Virus record (IMG/VR): IMGVR_UViG_3300014204_000002
Coordinates: 32,001-96,000 of that record
Strand: one strand, 5' to 3'
Length of the DNA: 64,000 nt
Source: a virus
Taxonomy: Duplodnaviria > Caudoviricetes
Position 1 is the stretch's first letter. Every line of letters begins with the position of its first letter. The position numbers and the translations under genes are program-made. The notes below the pieces were generated by a model. The model made no database searches. It was not told the origin of the DNA and worked only from the letters and a program-made list of their open reading frames with translations. Of this stretch, positions 39,801 through 49,772 are shown piece by piece.

Positions 39801-42800
39801 CCAAGCGCTTCGACTGCGGCTCCAAGTGCTTCGAGTCCCACTACTGCAAGCGCAATTAATGGAAGAATTGATACTAATGCTGCGGTAGAAGTCATACCAA
39901 TGGCAGTAAATCCTGCTGATATACCATTTAACATTGCCATTATTTCGGCACCTGTTCCAAATGCTCCCATAAACAATGATATCCCGGAAGTCAGGGGTTG
40001 AACAAGCATCGTAATTGCCATAATCTGCGCAGCCATCGTAATGAGCCATTGATTTTTACCAATAAACTCTAATAGTGGAGCAATCATTTTAATTGCATCT
40101 ACCAGTGCTGGCATTGCATTTGCTGCTGATGTGATTAATGTTACGAATGTAGCAAGCATGTCCTTATCGGCTAATTGGTTGAATAATTCTCCTATTGCAG
40201 CATTTAAGCCGTCTGAAAAGTCTTTGGTGGTAAATATGCGGGCAGCAAGAGCTGACATTGATAATCCAAACGTGGCCTGAACACCCTGAACATTTTGCCA
40301 TCCTTTAACAAGATCATTCTGTGATACTTCAAACTTTTTGAGTATATCAGTGACTTTACCCATTCCACCGGCGAATGCAGAAACATAGCCCACGTTTTGG
40401 AACACGGTATTAAGATCAGAGAGGCTTCCCATTACCTGATTTAATGCACCCTGAAGTTGCATCATCACGCCAGATAACGAGAAGTAAACTCCCATTGACG
40501 ACATAGAAATGGACGCAGCCTTCCACGACAGTCCCTGAGTTACTTTGCTGGCCTTCATCCACCCAGTTTCCCAAATACCCTGCCTCTGAACATCTACAGT
40601 AGATTTTTTACCAGTGGATGTTGCGCCAGTCTCGTATTTCGCAAGAGTTTCGTCAACTTTTTTCTGGTAATTCAAGAAAAAGGTATCGACTTCCTTTGCC
40701 CCCATTCCAAATTCTTTTAGTTTTTCTCTAAACTCCCCGAGATTGGTTTCCATTGCTGTAGTTGATTCAATAAATCCGTCTGCTCCTGTTTCCCAAGAAT
40801 CTACGAATTTAGTGTTAACCATGCTTTCTGCATCGAGTTTTCCAATACCAAATACATCAGTTTCACGAACTACATAATCTTTTAAATCTGCCTCGATCCC
40901 ACCTTGCTTTCCTTTTATAGCCTGTGAGTTTTTATAAAGCGCCTCGTTCAAGTCTGCTTGTGTCTTTTCTCCGGAAAGTATCTCTATGTTCTTAATGCCA
41001 GTAGTCAGTCCGAAACTTGCCTTGCCGGTATAAACGTCCTTTTTGTCAATTTGCTCATTTAAAAAGCCGGTGCTAAATGCGTTAATGCCCGCTCTGATAT
41101 TTCCGGTACTTGGAAGATGTGGAATTTTTCCCTGTCTAAACAGTCGAGCCAGTGGATTGTTTACTGACTGCTCGTGCATACGCTGTGCTATTTCTTCATC
41201 ATTACCTTGTGCACCAAAATAATCACGCAAATACGGAGCAACAATTCGTGTAAGTCCACCAACGACCCCCATTGGTTTTGTGCGATATCCTTGCGAGGCA
41301 CGTTCTTTTGCAGCACGATATGCAAACTGATCCTCTTGTTTAGTGTATGTAGCCTCTTCATTTACTCCAATAAGCGGATTGGTTGCATAGCCTTTATTAA
41401 TATTATCAATATATTTGGCTTTTTGCTTTTCGAATTTCGCAAGGCGGGCCGCATTATCTTCGTCTACAAGCCCCTCCATGTTACCAGTTGCTTTAAATCC
41501 AGTAGCGGCAAACTTTCCAAGAGCGTCACCAACGACATGCTGCATTTTTTGGAATGCTGCCGTAACTGGCTTCATGCTGTTAATTAATTCGCGAGAGTAT
41601 GGCGCAACCTTATATAACTCGTCTTCATCTGCTGCAACAGGTTTTCCAGATGCCGCATTAGCCATTTGCAATCTGGGAGCATTTCTTCCACTAGTTGCAA
41701 TTTGTTCTTCTGTAAATGGAGCATATGTTCTTTCAAACGCTGCTTTGTTTGCACTTTTCATCATCCCGGATCTTTGATTGAAATATCTTGTGGGATTTGC
41801 CATTAGCATTTCTACTGGATCGTGCTTAAGAACATCACGCATCTCACCAAATATATACTCTCCATCGCGCTTCGAGTTGAGCACATTGAGAATATCTGCT
41901 CCCGGACTTCCCTTTATAAAAGTGGATAAATCGGCCTTGGTTGCAGCAACAGGCTTGTTAGATTTTTTGTTTGCTGCTATCATCTTACGAAGGGTAGTAA
42001 CTGCTTGTTTTGATTTATCTCCTTTTAATGCATCGATTTCTTCTTGTGTATGAGGTGCGTACTTGCTCTTGTGAGATATAGTCTTATCTGGTGATATAAC
42101 ACTAGTAAATATACTTTTAAATTCATTTTTACCAAGCAATCCTTTGTAAAGGTTCATGGGATCTTGGAATAATGCATCATAATCTTTAACAGTGTCAAGC
42201 CCGGCACTATACATTCCGGCAGGATCTGCAAAGTCAACTATATCATCGTACCAAGATTCTGCTAATTTAGGATTTCCGGCAGCATCACTGAAGTATTTTG
42301 GATGTTTTCCCGGATCGTTTTTATTTACCGATGTTGTTACTTCTCTGCCTCCTCCTATATACGGATTGATTTGTGGCTCTTTTGGAGGAAGTGATGGCGG
42401 GCGTCGCTTTGAAAGATTTGCGTCATCGCGTGCTTCATATCCGGGATACGTAACCGTGTTATAATATTCTAAATCTTTTGCATATTTTTCTTCGGCGGCG
42501 TCATATCGTTCATTTCTGCGTTTTGAGTAGCCTAACCCGTCTGGAGTTCCATATTTGTAGCCGGGGATAGATCCACCATTTGCATAGCCACGTAATGCAG
42601 ATACAGTACCACCATTCATGTGCTTGAGATAGTCTTCCGATGAACTATCTTTAATTATATAAATGATATCATCCATTGAAGTTGAGGGATTTTGAGCAGC
42701 GTTTAGAGTAATTAAATCATCACGACCTCCTCCCGGACCTTTAAACATATAAGATGATGGTGTGCCTCCTCCAGTTACTTGCTGCCATTTATGAAACCCT

Positions 42801-45103
42801 CCAGAGTTTAATGCATTAAGCCCCTTAGTTCCACCCCATTTATCTGCCTGATCTCTTCGAATTCCTAACTCGCCATTTGACACCCGGATTAAATTTTGTG
42901 CAGATCCACCTGATGCTCGCTTCGGAATTTTGAATCCTGTAAATTTCTTTTCGGGGATCATGCCATCGATGTATTTTCGACCAAGTTGGTTTAAATATCG
43001 ATCATCTGATAACCTACTGACTAATTTGCCACCTTCTGCGAAACCGTCACCTATGTTTCCGGGAGTCATGGTTTGCAAGTTTATTAATTGATTTGCGATC
43101 TCTGCACCGGGTGATAATTGTGGCTGTTGGTAGTGCACTAATCGAGCCATGCCCCTGAATGGATTAATTGCTCCGCCCCTCGCATAACCAAATGCTTTTC
43201 TCCATGCTCGCGTCGCCTGTAGAGTTTGTCTAATATGATTCTCGTTAATTTTTTCATTTCCAAAATATCCGCGAGTCTGTAAATATTTTAAATTGTTAAG
43301 GATGTGAGTTCTCTCATTTTTGTCCCATCCAGCACCAAATACAGAATTGTATTCATTTGCCCATCGATCAGGTTGGTTTTTATAATTTCTGTTAGATAAT
43401 GTTTCAAATAATGGTGTAACTGGAATTTGACCCGTCGCATACGCTCCCTTAACACGGTTTACCATGTCTGGATTTGTGTGCAGCCATTCATGCTTCAATG
43501 TTTCTGCAAGAACGTCTGTGTAATTACGGCCCTTCATGTTTGCAATCTTGTTAATTCCTGCGCTGTATAGAGTAATTCCTGATTTGTCGTATTTGCCAGT
43601 TACAATCCCGCCTTTCTTTTCGTAATGAGTCCCAAAATTTATATCGACGTTGTGTTTTCCTGTAAGTTCTTTAAAATCGTTATAAAATGGCCGAAGAGTA
43701 TCTAAAACCATGTCCCTGTGCATAATAGAATTCTTGCTGCCGGGACGAACCTTTCTACCAATAATACTTACTCTTATAGCATCGTCTATCGCAGATTCTT
43801 TTTTCCCGAAAACCGATTCACGGAGCCTCTGGATAAATCCACCACCTTCAAATGTTGGAACAGATCCGCCGGATTTGAAGGGCATTGGAATTCCGTGGGT
43901 CATGAAGCCTGATAGTGCAGAGGCTGATACACCTACGAGTCCTGCTGTGCCACCAATTCCTATTGCGGCGTCAAGGATTCTATTTTTATTGCGCTGGAAC
44001 CATGACTGTTGTGGCTGGGCTTTTCTGGTAATTGTTGGAGTCCCGGTAACTTTAGGTGTGACTTGTGCTTTGAGAGCGTCGAGGTAGCCTGTAGGAGGAG
44101 CCTGTATATTTTTCAGTGCATTACGCACATTTATTTCTCTAATGGCATCCTTGGCCTGCTGTTGCATCCTCGTGTTATATGTCATGGAGACCGGTGCTAC
44201 TTTTTGCTGCTTAACCGGTGATGTCGTTCTGTACGGAGCAAGCAATGAAGCAACATCATATCTGACTGGTTTTGCAATTTTTCTATAGGTCGGAAGTTGC
44301 CGTGCTACGGTATATTGCGGAGATTGCTTGCGCTGAACTCGCAGAGGGTTCCCAAATAAATTTTGCCGTGATATCGCACTTGATTCCTTTAGCATTGAAA
44401 AGAATGATGCTGAATTTATAACAGATCGGAATGTTGCAGCATCGCTTCCCTCACGACGCATTAACTCATCCGGCCTTGATGTAGTTGCTAATCCAGCACC
44501 CCTAATTACTCTCTTTGTCTGATTTCCAACTTGCCCGGTGCTATATCCGGGATCACTGAAAAATCCCTTTGGCACACGAGCCATGTTTATTGATTTCGAT
44601 GCTTCTATGATCTGCTGGGCTTTTTCAATTCCGATTTCCATGCTCATGTACGTAGTGCCACGACCTGCTGCCTCTGTAACGGCCTTTATTTGCTTGTAAT
44701 TAAGCCGATCTGTGTCAGGAGCAACCCGCTCTATAGCAGGTTTAATTTTCTCGTTATATGACGCAATAGTTTTGGCATCTCGACCTGTATAGCCCGCATT
44801 TTTGACTTCCGTTTCTGCTTTTGCGTAACTTTTAAGTATCTTTTCGAGCTTTGCAACATCTCCCCTTGAATAGTACATGGCCTGATCCGTGTGATGCTTC
44901 TCAAATCTGGAACTGATAGCATCGCGCTCTGTTGCGCTTAAATGAGACGATGATTTATCTCCGATTGAAGACTGCTGAATCATGGCATGTGCTAATTCTT
45001 TGTCAGAAACTGCCCCGTTTACAATACCGGCTATCTGTTCAGGAGTATAGCCCATCTGCTGAAAACGACGAAGAATCCGATCTACATTAGGGAAGTCAGA
45101 CAT
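36836..45103 (-). CDS. Tape measure protein (2755 aa) with embedded domains
   Basis: Follows tail tube and chaperones; hydrophobic A/G-rich helices; FAEGG/YATG motifs; HEWLH. Confidence 0.85.
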   Translation of the reverse strand: MSDFPNVDRILRRFQQMGYTPEQIAGIVNGAVSDKELAHAMIQQSSIGDKSSSHLSATERDAISSRFEKHHTDQAMYYSRGDVAKLEKILKSYAKAETEVKNAGYTGRDAKTIASYNEKIKPAIERVAPDTDRLNYKQIKAVTEAAGRGTTYMSMEIGIEKAQQIIEASKSINMARVPKGFFSDPGYSTGQVGNQTKRVIRGAGLATTSRPDELMRREGSDAATFRSVINSASFFSMLKESSAISRQNLFGNPLRVQRKQSPQYTVARQLPTYRKIAKPVRYDVASLLAPYRTTSPVKQQKVAPVSMTYNTRMQQQAKDAIREINVRNALKNIQAPPTGYLDALKAQVTPKVTGTPTITRKAQPQQSWFQRNKNRILDAAIGIGGTAGLVGVSASALSGFMTHGIPMPFKSGGSVPTFEGGGFIQRLRESVFGKKESAIDDAIRVSIIGRKVRPGSKNSIMHRDMVLDTLRPFYNDFKELTGKHNVDINFGTHYEKKGGIVTGKYDKSGITLYSAGINKIANMKGRNYTDVLAETLKHEWLHTNPDMVNRVKGAYATGQIPVTPLFETLSNRNYKNQPDRWANEYNSVFGAGWDKNERTHILNNLKYLQTRGYFGNEKINENHIRQTLQATRAWRKAFGYARGGAINPFRGMARLVHYQQPQLSPGAEIANQLINLQTMTPGNIGDGFAEGGKLVSRLSDDRYLNQLGRKYIDGMIPEKKFTGFKIPKRASGGSAQNLIRVSNGELGIRRDQADKWGGTKGLNALNSGGFHKWQQVTGGGTPSSYMFKGPGGGRDDLITLNAAQNPSTSMDDIIYIIKDSSSEDYLKHMNGGTVSALRGYANGGSIPGYKYGTPDGLGYSKRRNERYDAAEEKYAKDLEYYNTVTYPGYEARDDANLSKRRPPSLPPKEPQINPYIGGGREVTTSVNKNDPGKHPKYFSDAAGNPKLAESWYDDIVDFADPAGMYSAGLDTVKDYDALFQDPMNLYKGLLGKNEFKSIFTSVISPDKTISHKSKYAPHTQEEIDALKGDKSKQAVTTLRKMIAANKKSNKPVAATKADLSTFIKGSPGADILNVLNSKRDGEYIFGEMRDVLKHDPVEMLMANPTRYFNQRSGMMKSANKAAFERTYAPFTEEQIATSGRNAPRLQMANAASGKPVAADEDELYKVAPYSRELINSMKPVTAAFQKMQHVVGDALGKFAATGFKATGNMEGLVDEDNAARLAKFEKQKAKYIDNINKGYATNPLIGVNEEATYTKQEDQFAYRAAKERASQGYRTKPMGVVGGLTRIVAPYLRDYFGAQGNDEEIAQRMHEQSVNNPLARLFRQGKIPHLPSTGNIRAGINAFSTGFLNEQIDKKDVYTGKASFGLTTGIKNIEILSGEKTQADLNEALYKNSQAIKGKQGGIEADLKDYVVRETDVFGIGKLDAESMVNTKFVDSWETGADGFIESTTAMETNLGEFREKLKEFGMGAKEVDTFFLNYQKKVDETLAKYETGATSTGKKSTVDVQRQGIWETGWMKASKVTQGLSWKAASISMSSMGVYFSLSGVMMQLQGALNQVMGSLSDLNTVFQNVGYVSAFAGGMGKVTDILKKFEVSQNDLVKGWQNVQGVQATFGLSMSALAARIFTTKDFSDGLNAAIGELFNQLADKDMLATFVTLITSAANAMPALVDAIKMIAPLLEFIGKNQWLITMAAQIMAITMLVQPLTSGISLFMGAFGTGAEIMAMLNGISAGFTAIGMTSTAALVSILPLIALAVVGLEALGAAVEALGGEKIRIAGFSIRASDWMFGQGIETYKPEVPGMYTGGVVPVPSRDMVPGSPDDTIAALQSGETVLPKGYKMPHYATGTIAAGPLMPSMLKPFDAQAANENRALQDPLSKSMAFNMTTSKVLGDAKNGNAINVVVQNMPANWGAQKEDKGFFDNIPWPDIGSLFPSKLYGLGPATIPTPVSTTPSPPTTPTATPQQLRDMQSALTQTMTPSHTPTPSPTTIVELLVAAVQNATGLITTGLMSAFDAIYIALGKAATTIGDITVTISDLGPTISTVISSIKSGAGSASTTIKSDLGQIVSGITHPVDTAKAGISAMTGALKGGAGYNTQELWAQHGGYRNYGDIKDYGNQQTKRNAGFMDWFTTGGYNKQNVPGPTGSVSIPAKSFDTFKKDFFAAYSPIAQQNKKLVGTPNEIDNYAESLFLESNLRKEHLGSNIDAHGIAKGTLSNQLGSLDNLINNGVDTTKRFHTTSLIDYNGAGAGTGAAGGAYTHGAFTLLSKPGDSLVDKSGKTNIGAVLVNREQEKLISQLREQYKGTNFITHDQVADYNKGSLDLSTVSIPKISPGQKSMTGRKIYTPWEKFIPDKADWLQPATAAVSSNGNPYDTALGVASMHIGNLVTGVAGDAVQRAALSAPAAISKVIGEGTVRNAASVVAGKGLAGVGTAAGRAMQLSGTAPVVMGTGLLTAGKTSDDYFSGKYSAEAIKKGAGKNEFAGLVDSGLFSAAFGKGMQVWGGMSGKEDTRMIADMNKSGILDIGLSGLWNTALGKENVEGFGTKLKGGNTAVSDMLRSNLNYGIGEEVPLVGGLNLGGSLADANSGIYDMIEQLANLDVGNIFGFGTSMVGLGATGVDLAKNTAGAIAENPYTAAQLALTAGTPGGFGALLAPLLMPQTTTSLDNASAQAAIQPLTDLPTSLGSFDTAIQTSTANLNNNLPTNETPNDGFVTSSNQITLNFTINGGEKSENAQAIVAQLKAVLPDLLKQYNVNTSSKS

Positions 45104-45153
45104 GGATGTCTATTTAAATATTACGTTATATAAATGAATAGAAGCAGGATAAA

Positions 45154-45240
45154 TTTATATGTGGAAAAACACAACTAAATGATGCACAAGTAATAAGGCG
45201 AGAGATTTTCTCTTTCGTTTTGTTATGCAGCAAAACTTTT
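45154..45240 (+). repeat. Dispersed promoter-hairpin-T-tract cassette, copy 3
   Basis: TTTATA-TGTGGAA-AAACACAACTAAATGATGCAC...AAGGCGAGAGA/TCTC-TT-TCGTTTT...GTTATGC. Confidence 0.85.
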
Positions 45241-45269
45241 GTAATCGTTAACCGGGGCAAAATAGAGGT

Positions 45270-45458
45270 TTAGTAATATCGCGATCTGGCTATCACAAGA
45301 TTGTCAATTAGATTGATTATAGACCCGATTTGTTGAACTGTTGCGTTATATGTTCCTGTGCCAATAACTGACGAGTTTAATTCTTTGAGTAAGATATCTA
45401 AATGATTTTGCAATGATTCAATTTCAGAATAAAATTGTGAACCTACTTTGTCTTCCAT
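45270..45458 (-). CDS. Small coiled-coil hypothetical protein
   Basis: Leaderless start about 28 nt after TTTTTATC. Confidence 0.5.
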   Translation of the reverse strand: MEDKVGSQFYSEIESLQNHLDILLKELNSSVIGTGTYNATVQQIGSIINLIDNLVIARSRYY

Positions 45459-45489
45459 GTATAGTAGTTAACTTCAGAGGATAAAAATG

Positions 45490-46105
45490 TTAGTGTGAGC
45501 GTTGGCCGCTTAACATCGGTGAGTAGATTTCGTTCCAAAAGTGCATAGACATGTCGAGATCGAACATAATGGTGTCTATCCAGTTTGGATCGTCAAAGAT
45601 TTCGTGGAGCGCCTTATGAGTGATAAAACAATGAATGCCGAGGACTTTACGCCATCTCGCATCATCGTCAAGATCGCCATCGGGGTCGATTTTACACGGG
45701 CCTTTGTAGTCGATAATTGGCGCGTTTTCAGGCAACAAGCCGAAACAAGTCCTTGCGCACGTTCATTGTATTGAACGAGGCTAAGAATAACACCCATTGA
45801 TCTTCTCCGGGCACGTCTTCGTACTTGTGGGATACGAGAATTTCTGGCAGCACTTCATCGAGCCACTGGACAAATACTTCCTGCATTCGCTCCTGATCGG
45901 CTGGCGAGGCATCTCCGGTTACGTCATCAACGGACTTTGGCATGGCCTTCGTTAAAAGCCTAAAATGCAATGCACCGAGTTTGCCCGTGGGCTTGGACAA
46001 TTCGTAGATTTGATTTGCCGTCTCAATTCTGATGCTCCTAGCCTTTGGATCGGGCTTAAAAACTGGCTCGTCTTCTGTTACAGGTAGTGCTTTCTTGGCA
46101 ACCAT
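45490..46105 (-). CDS. Tail assembly chaperone pair (G/GT-like) joined by a +1 frameshift at TTT CGG
   Basis: A 125-aa ORF overlaps an 82-aa +1-frame ORF between tail tube and TMP; TTT CGG at 45745-45740. Confidence 0.8.
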
Positions 46106-46155
46106 ATGTTAATATATAGTTATTAACCTGTATATAAAGATAAAAATAGGGTGGT

Positions 46156-47034
46156 TTATGCGAAGACTATCATAGTAGCCGTTGTATTGGTTGTAGAGTT
46201 GACTTCTGCTCGCCAGTTTATGGTTTTGTCGAAGCGGGCGCGGCCTTGTGCAGATGCGGATCCTGATTCTATTTTGACATTCGTGATCGTTATCGTGGCG
46301 ATGAGAACTGCAGGATCAGAACATGTTGCACCGGGAGTATTCAATGTCAGGGTAATGGTTCCAATATCACCGCAATCTCCTGCTGCTTTTTGGAGTCCGA
46401 GCCATTCTGATGAGGCCAGCGTCAATGTGCCACTTAAACTGCCGTTTCCACTTTGTAGGATATCGTATAGTTGTTTAGTGCCGATCACGTAATAGTCCTG
46501 ATCGATCGGAATCTGGCCGTTGATAGTAATTGCTGAAAACTTTATGCCTGCGTCCGGACAACTGATTTGGGACACTGATGCGATTGGAATTGGATCGGCG
46601 TAACTCGTCGGGCTTGTTACACCTGTTATTGCGGCAACAGTTCCAACTTTGCAGGAGACGAAGTTGTATTTGACCTTCGCGTAGTCTTTTACAGTTAGGG
46701 ATAATTCGAACGAGTTTATGGCAGTGCTTGCAAAAGAGAGGCCGTTTGTCTCATCTCCGATAACGATGGTATTGTATGGTAAGGCTGCGAGAGTTCCGCA
46801 CATAACGTCCATGACATCGGTGATTGCGTATTTTACAACGTCTATATTACGGAGGGCGCCGTCAAACGAGCCGGTATTTATAACGCCGCCATCATAGATT
46901 TTTGCTTCGCCTGCAGAACCAAAAGATTGTTCAGTGATTAAACTACGTGTGGGATTGATAGACGCGCCAGTAACCGGGACATACGCTACTGTGCCACCCG
47001 ATCGAGATATTGATACACCACGAAATGTCGCCAT
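46156..47034 (-). CDS. Tail tube protein, paralog 2
   Basis: Collinear motifs with 47072-48217; position before the chaperones. Confidence 0.75.
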   Translation of the reverse strand: MATFRGVSISRSGGTVAYVPVTGASINPTRSLITEQSFGSAGEAKIYDGGVINTGSFDGALRNIDVVKYAITDVMDVMCGTLAALPYNTIVIGDETNGLSFASTAINSFELSLTVKDYAKVKYNFVSCKVGTVAAITGVTSPTSYADPIPIASVSQISCPDAGIKFSAITINGQIPIDQDYYVIGTKQLYDILQSGNGSLSGTLTLASSEWLGLQKAAGDCGDIGTITLTLNTPGATCSDPAVLIATITITNVKIESGSASAQGRARFDKTINWRAEVNSTTNTTATMIVFA

Positions 47035-47071
47035 AGTTTAGTCTCCTATACTCTCCTCAAAAAGGAGAAGT

Positions 47072-48217
47072 TTAGTTGTTATAGACCTCGATAGTAAATT
47101 TATCGGTGTCGTTAATCTGTGCCTTCCATGTGACGGTCTTTTCGAACTGATTACGGCCCTGAACTGAACGGCTCATTTCAGTTAACTTTGCAACATCACA
47201 GGTAATCTTACCAGATTCTTTGGTGCCATCTGGCGCGTGGAGAATGACTTCGAATTTACCTGCGGGCACCGCATTCGTGAGCACGGTTCCGGTTGCTGCG
47301 TCTCCGAAGAACTCCTGATTGGTTTCATCGAGCACATTGCCGTTTGTTGCTCCCGTAGTCTTACCAACGAGCATGGTTCTGATACGCTGCCAGTCACCTG
47401 CCCCGAGAGTAATCTGACCACCGAGATCGGTAAGCCCATTGTAGTAAAGCCCCTGTAAGAATTCTGAACCAATGAAGAAGTAATCCTGATCCATGGTTCG
47501 TGCAAGCGTCATCGTGAACGCCTTACATTTCAGCGTCTCGGCAGATCCGCCTTCTGGAGTCCACTTTAATACTGCATTGTAGAAAATTGCCGGTTCTCCA
47601 TTGATCGTGTTGTTTGCAGAATTGTAACCAACGTCAAATACCTCGGCACGCCGTGCAATCCACTGGAAAGTAGATTTTGCGTATTCCTTGACGTTCAGAT
47701 TGATTTCAAAGTTCGTGATACCGACACCACGATAGATCGTAGTAGAACCGTGAACATCATTAGATCCGGTCGTATCAGTTGCCTGTTCATCAATTACTTT
47801 CAGTGCAAGAGGCATTGCTTCCATTGCCAGAATGTACTTGAGCCCGGCACCGTGTGCAGTGTTAGATGCTACAACCTCTGGCGTCTGATTTCCTAATGCT
47901 CCAAGTAAAAGACCTGAAGTTGCGAAATCCCATCCTCTGAATGCTGCTTCGAACGAGCCGCTTGACGAGTAAGTACCCGCGTATACGGTCGCTGCAGCCA
48001 CCTGATCAATAGACTCTTCAATAACGGAATTACGATTTGCGGCATCACTGAAGGAATTAACACGGATTGTCTTAAATGCATTCGTATGAGTCGCCCCACT
48101 TGAATATGTAATCCAATCGCTAGATGTGTTATATCCCGGAGCAATGACGTAGTCGTCTATTTCATCGGCATCATACGCCGATATGTCCGTGGTGATCGCT
48201 AATTCTCTTGTCGTCAA
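47072..48217 (-). CDS. Major tail tube protein, paralog 1 (TTG start)
   Basis: AGGTGA RBS; beta-rich tube-like sequence. Confidence 0.75.
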   Translation of the reverse strand: MTTRELAITTDISAYDADEIDDYVIAPGYNTSSDWITYSSGATHTNAFKTIRVNSFSDAANRNSVIEESIDQVAAATVYAGTYSSSGSFEAAFRGWDFATSGLLLGALGNQTPEVVASNTAHGAGLKYILAMEAMPLALKVIDEQATDTTGSNDVHGSTTIYRGVGITNFEINLNVKEYAKSTFQWIARRAEVFDVGYNSANNTINGEPAIFYNAVLKWTPEGGSAETLKCKAFTMTLARTMDQDYFFIGSEFLQGLYYNGLTDLGGQITLGAGDWQRIRTMLVGKTTGATNGNVLDETNQEFFGDAATGTVLTNAVPAGKFEVILHAPDGTKESGKITCDVAKLTEMSRSVQGRNQFEKTVTWKAQINDTDKFTIEVYNN

Positions 48218-48312
48218 TTCGTTTCACCTTTATATATTTTGTTTATTTTAATAATCGTAGATCTTGCAGATTCACTCGATCATGTATTTCCAGTTACCTT
48301 TATATAAGATAA

Positions 48313-48732
48313 TTATGGCTGTGCGTTGTCAGGATCTGATATGTCCATCCAGTCGTTTTCGAATTTATAACAACAGGACATTTCTACTTGCGTTGTAGTG
48401 CCGAGTGGCGGTGCGTGGACTGGGCCAAACATGAACGAGGTGCAATTTGGGGCTTCTGACTCCTCGACGTACTTCGTTACAAATGACAGGATGTTGCTAA
48501 TTTTGTACGGGACTTCGTTATTGTCGTTTACGTTGAATATAATTTTGAGCCAGACAAGATCCCAATATGATTCCTGTGTTTCTACGCTGTTGTCAAAACT
48601 GTTGTAGACGACGCTACATTCGTTTTCATTGAGTTCGTTTGTGTAATTACTGTTCGTTGTATAGTTGAGTTTGCGCATGGCTTCCTCAACATAATACTTT
48701 ACGTCCTTGCGACGTGCTTTATATACTGCCAT
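48313..48732 (-). CDS. Putative tail terminator
   Basis: Position and size. Confidence 0.45.
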   Translation of the reverse strand: MAVYKARRKDVKYYVEEAMRKLNYTTNSNYTNELNENECSVVYNSFDNSVETQESYWDLVWLKIIFNVNDNNEVPYKISNILSFVTKYVEESEAPNCTSFMFGPVHAPPLGTTTQVEMSCCYKFENDWMDISDPDNAQP

Positions 48733-49772
48733 TAAATGTCTCCAAATTCTTTAAATGGGTTAAACGGGCCATATTTGTTACGATAAACCTGTGGATCACG
48801 TTTTACTGTGCCATATCCTGATATATCACGGTGTTTATCGTAGGGAGAGTCGGGTGTAACTGGCCCAGTTTTAGATTTACGGGATTTGCGTGTGGCTTCG
48901 TCCTTCGTGATATTCTTTTCTTTTTTAGATCCGGAACGAACCTTGGCGAGATCTGACTGTTGTAATATGCCCATTTTGGCAATCATGTCCATTACCCGCT
49001 TGTGCAACCGAGCATTTGTTGCTTCTACCTTTAATTGGAAATATGCCTGCCATCGGAGCCAGTACGATTGCTTAATTCCACGCCATTTTTGATTTCGCAT
49101 CTTAATACGGCGATCAAGTTCCGGGATATATGGGTGTCCGGATCTGACTCTGGCCCCGTGCATTAGAACATTAACATAATCGATTTTGCCACCAGTTGAA
49201 GAATAGCACGGCTTTACAAATAACAGGCATCCATCGGCAGTGATATCAGTAACCGATAGTGACCGACGAAGTTGCCCAGTATGCATTCTACCGGGAAATT
49301 GTCGCCTATTTTGAGTGTATTTTTTCTCTATGGCTTTTCCTTTGGTGCGATAGAGGTATTTTTCGTCTCCTATGAATGGGCCGCTCATTTGGTGGGGCCT
49401 GAATGCCTTGTTTCTGCGACGAAATCGTCCACTTTGACGTGCAAATTTTTTGGGCCTCGCGTTTTTTGCGTAACCGGATTTTCGAAAATACATACCATAG
49501 GCACGTCGATTAAAGTATTCAGGAACGCCTATGTACCAATCGTGCTGTAATTTGCGGGCTTCTGCAACAATCAACTCTTTAATTTTTAACGAGACCATAT
49601 TTGCATAATCGAGTTGAAGCGCCTGTGATGCCGGGATTCTGGCCTTTGTGTTAAACCACATGCCATTTTGCATCTTAAAAGAATTGAAGCCCTTACGCTT
49701 TTCCTGCGTAAAAGGAACCAAGTCTTCTGACACGACAAGATAAAACGATCGTGTTGCGGTTGGTTTGCTCAT
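48732..49772 (-). CDS. Highly basic neck/tail-completion-like protein
   Basis: TGQLRRSL and Y...L.HG motifs of HK97 gp10-like proteins; R/K-rich. Confidence 0.5.
   Translation of the reverse strand: MSKPTATRSFYLVVSEDLVPFTQEKRKGFNSFKMQNGMWFNTKARIPASQALQLDYANMVSLKIKELIVAEARKLQHDWYIGVPEYFNRRAYGMYFRKSGYAKNARPKKFARQSGRFRRRNKAFRPHQMSGPFIGDEKYLYRTKGKAIEKKYTQNRRQFPGRMHTGQLRRSLSVTDITADGCLLFVKPCYSSTGGKIDYVNVLMHGARVRSGHPYIPELDRRIKMRNQKWRGIKQSYWLRWQAYFQLKVEATNARLHKRVMDMIAKMGILQQSDLAKVRSGSKKEKNITKDEATRKSRKSKTGPVTPDSPYDKHRDISGYGTVKRDPQVYRNKYGPFNPFKEFGDI

Noticed and set aside
37039-44922. Many short alternative ORFs within the TMP and other structural genes
   Set aside because: Antisense or alternate-frame shadows with no RBS, promoter or recognisable motif.
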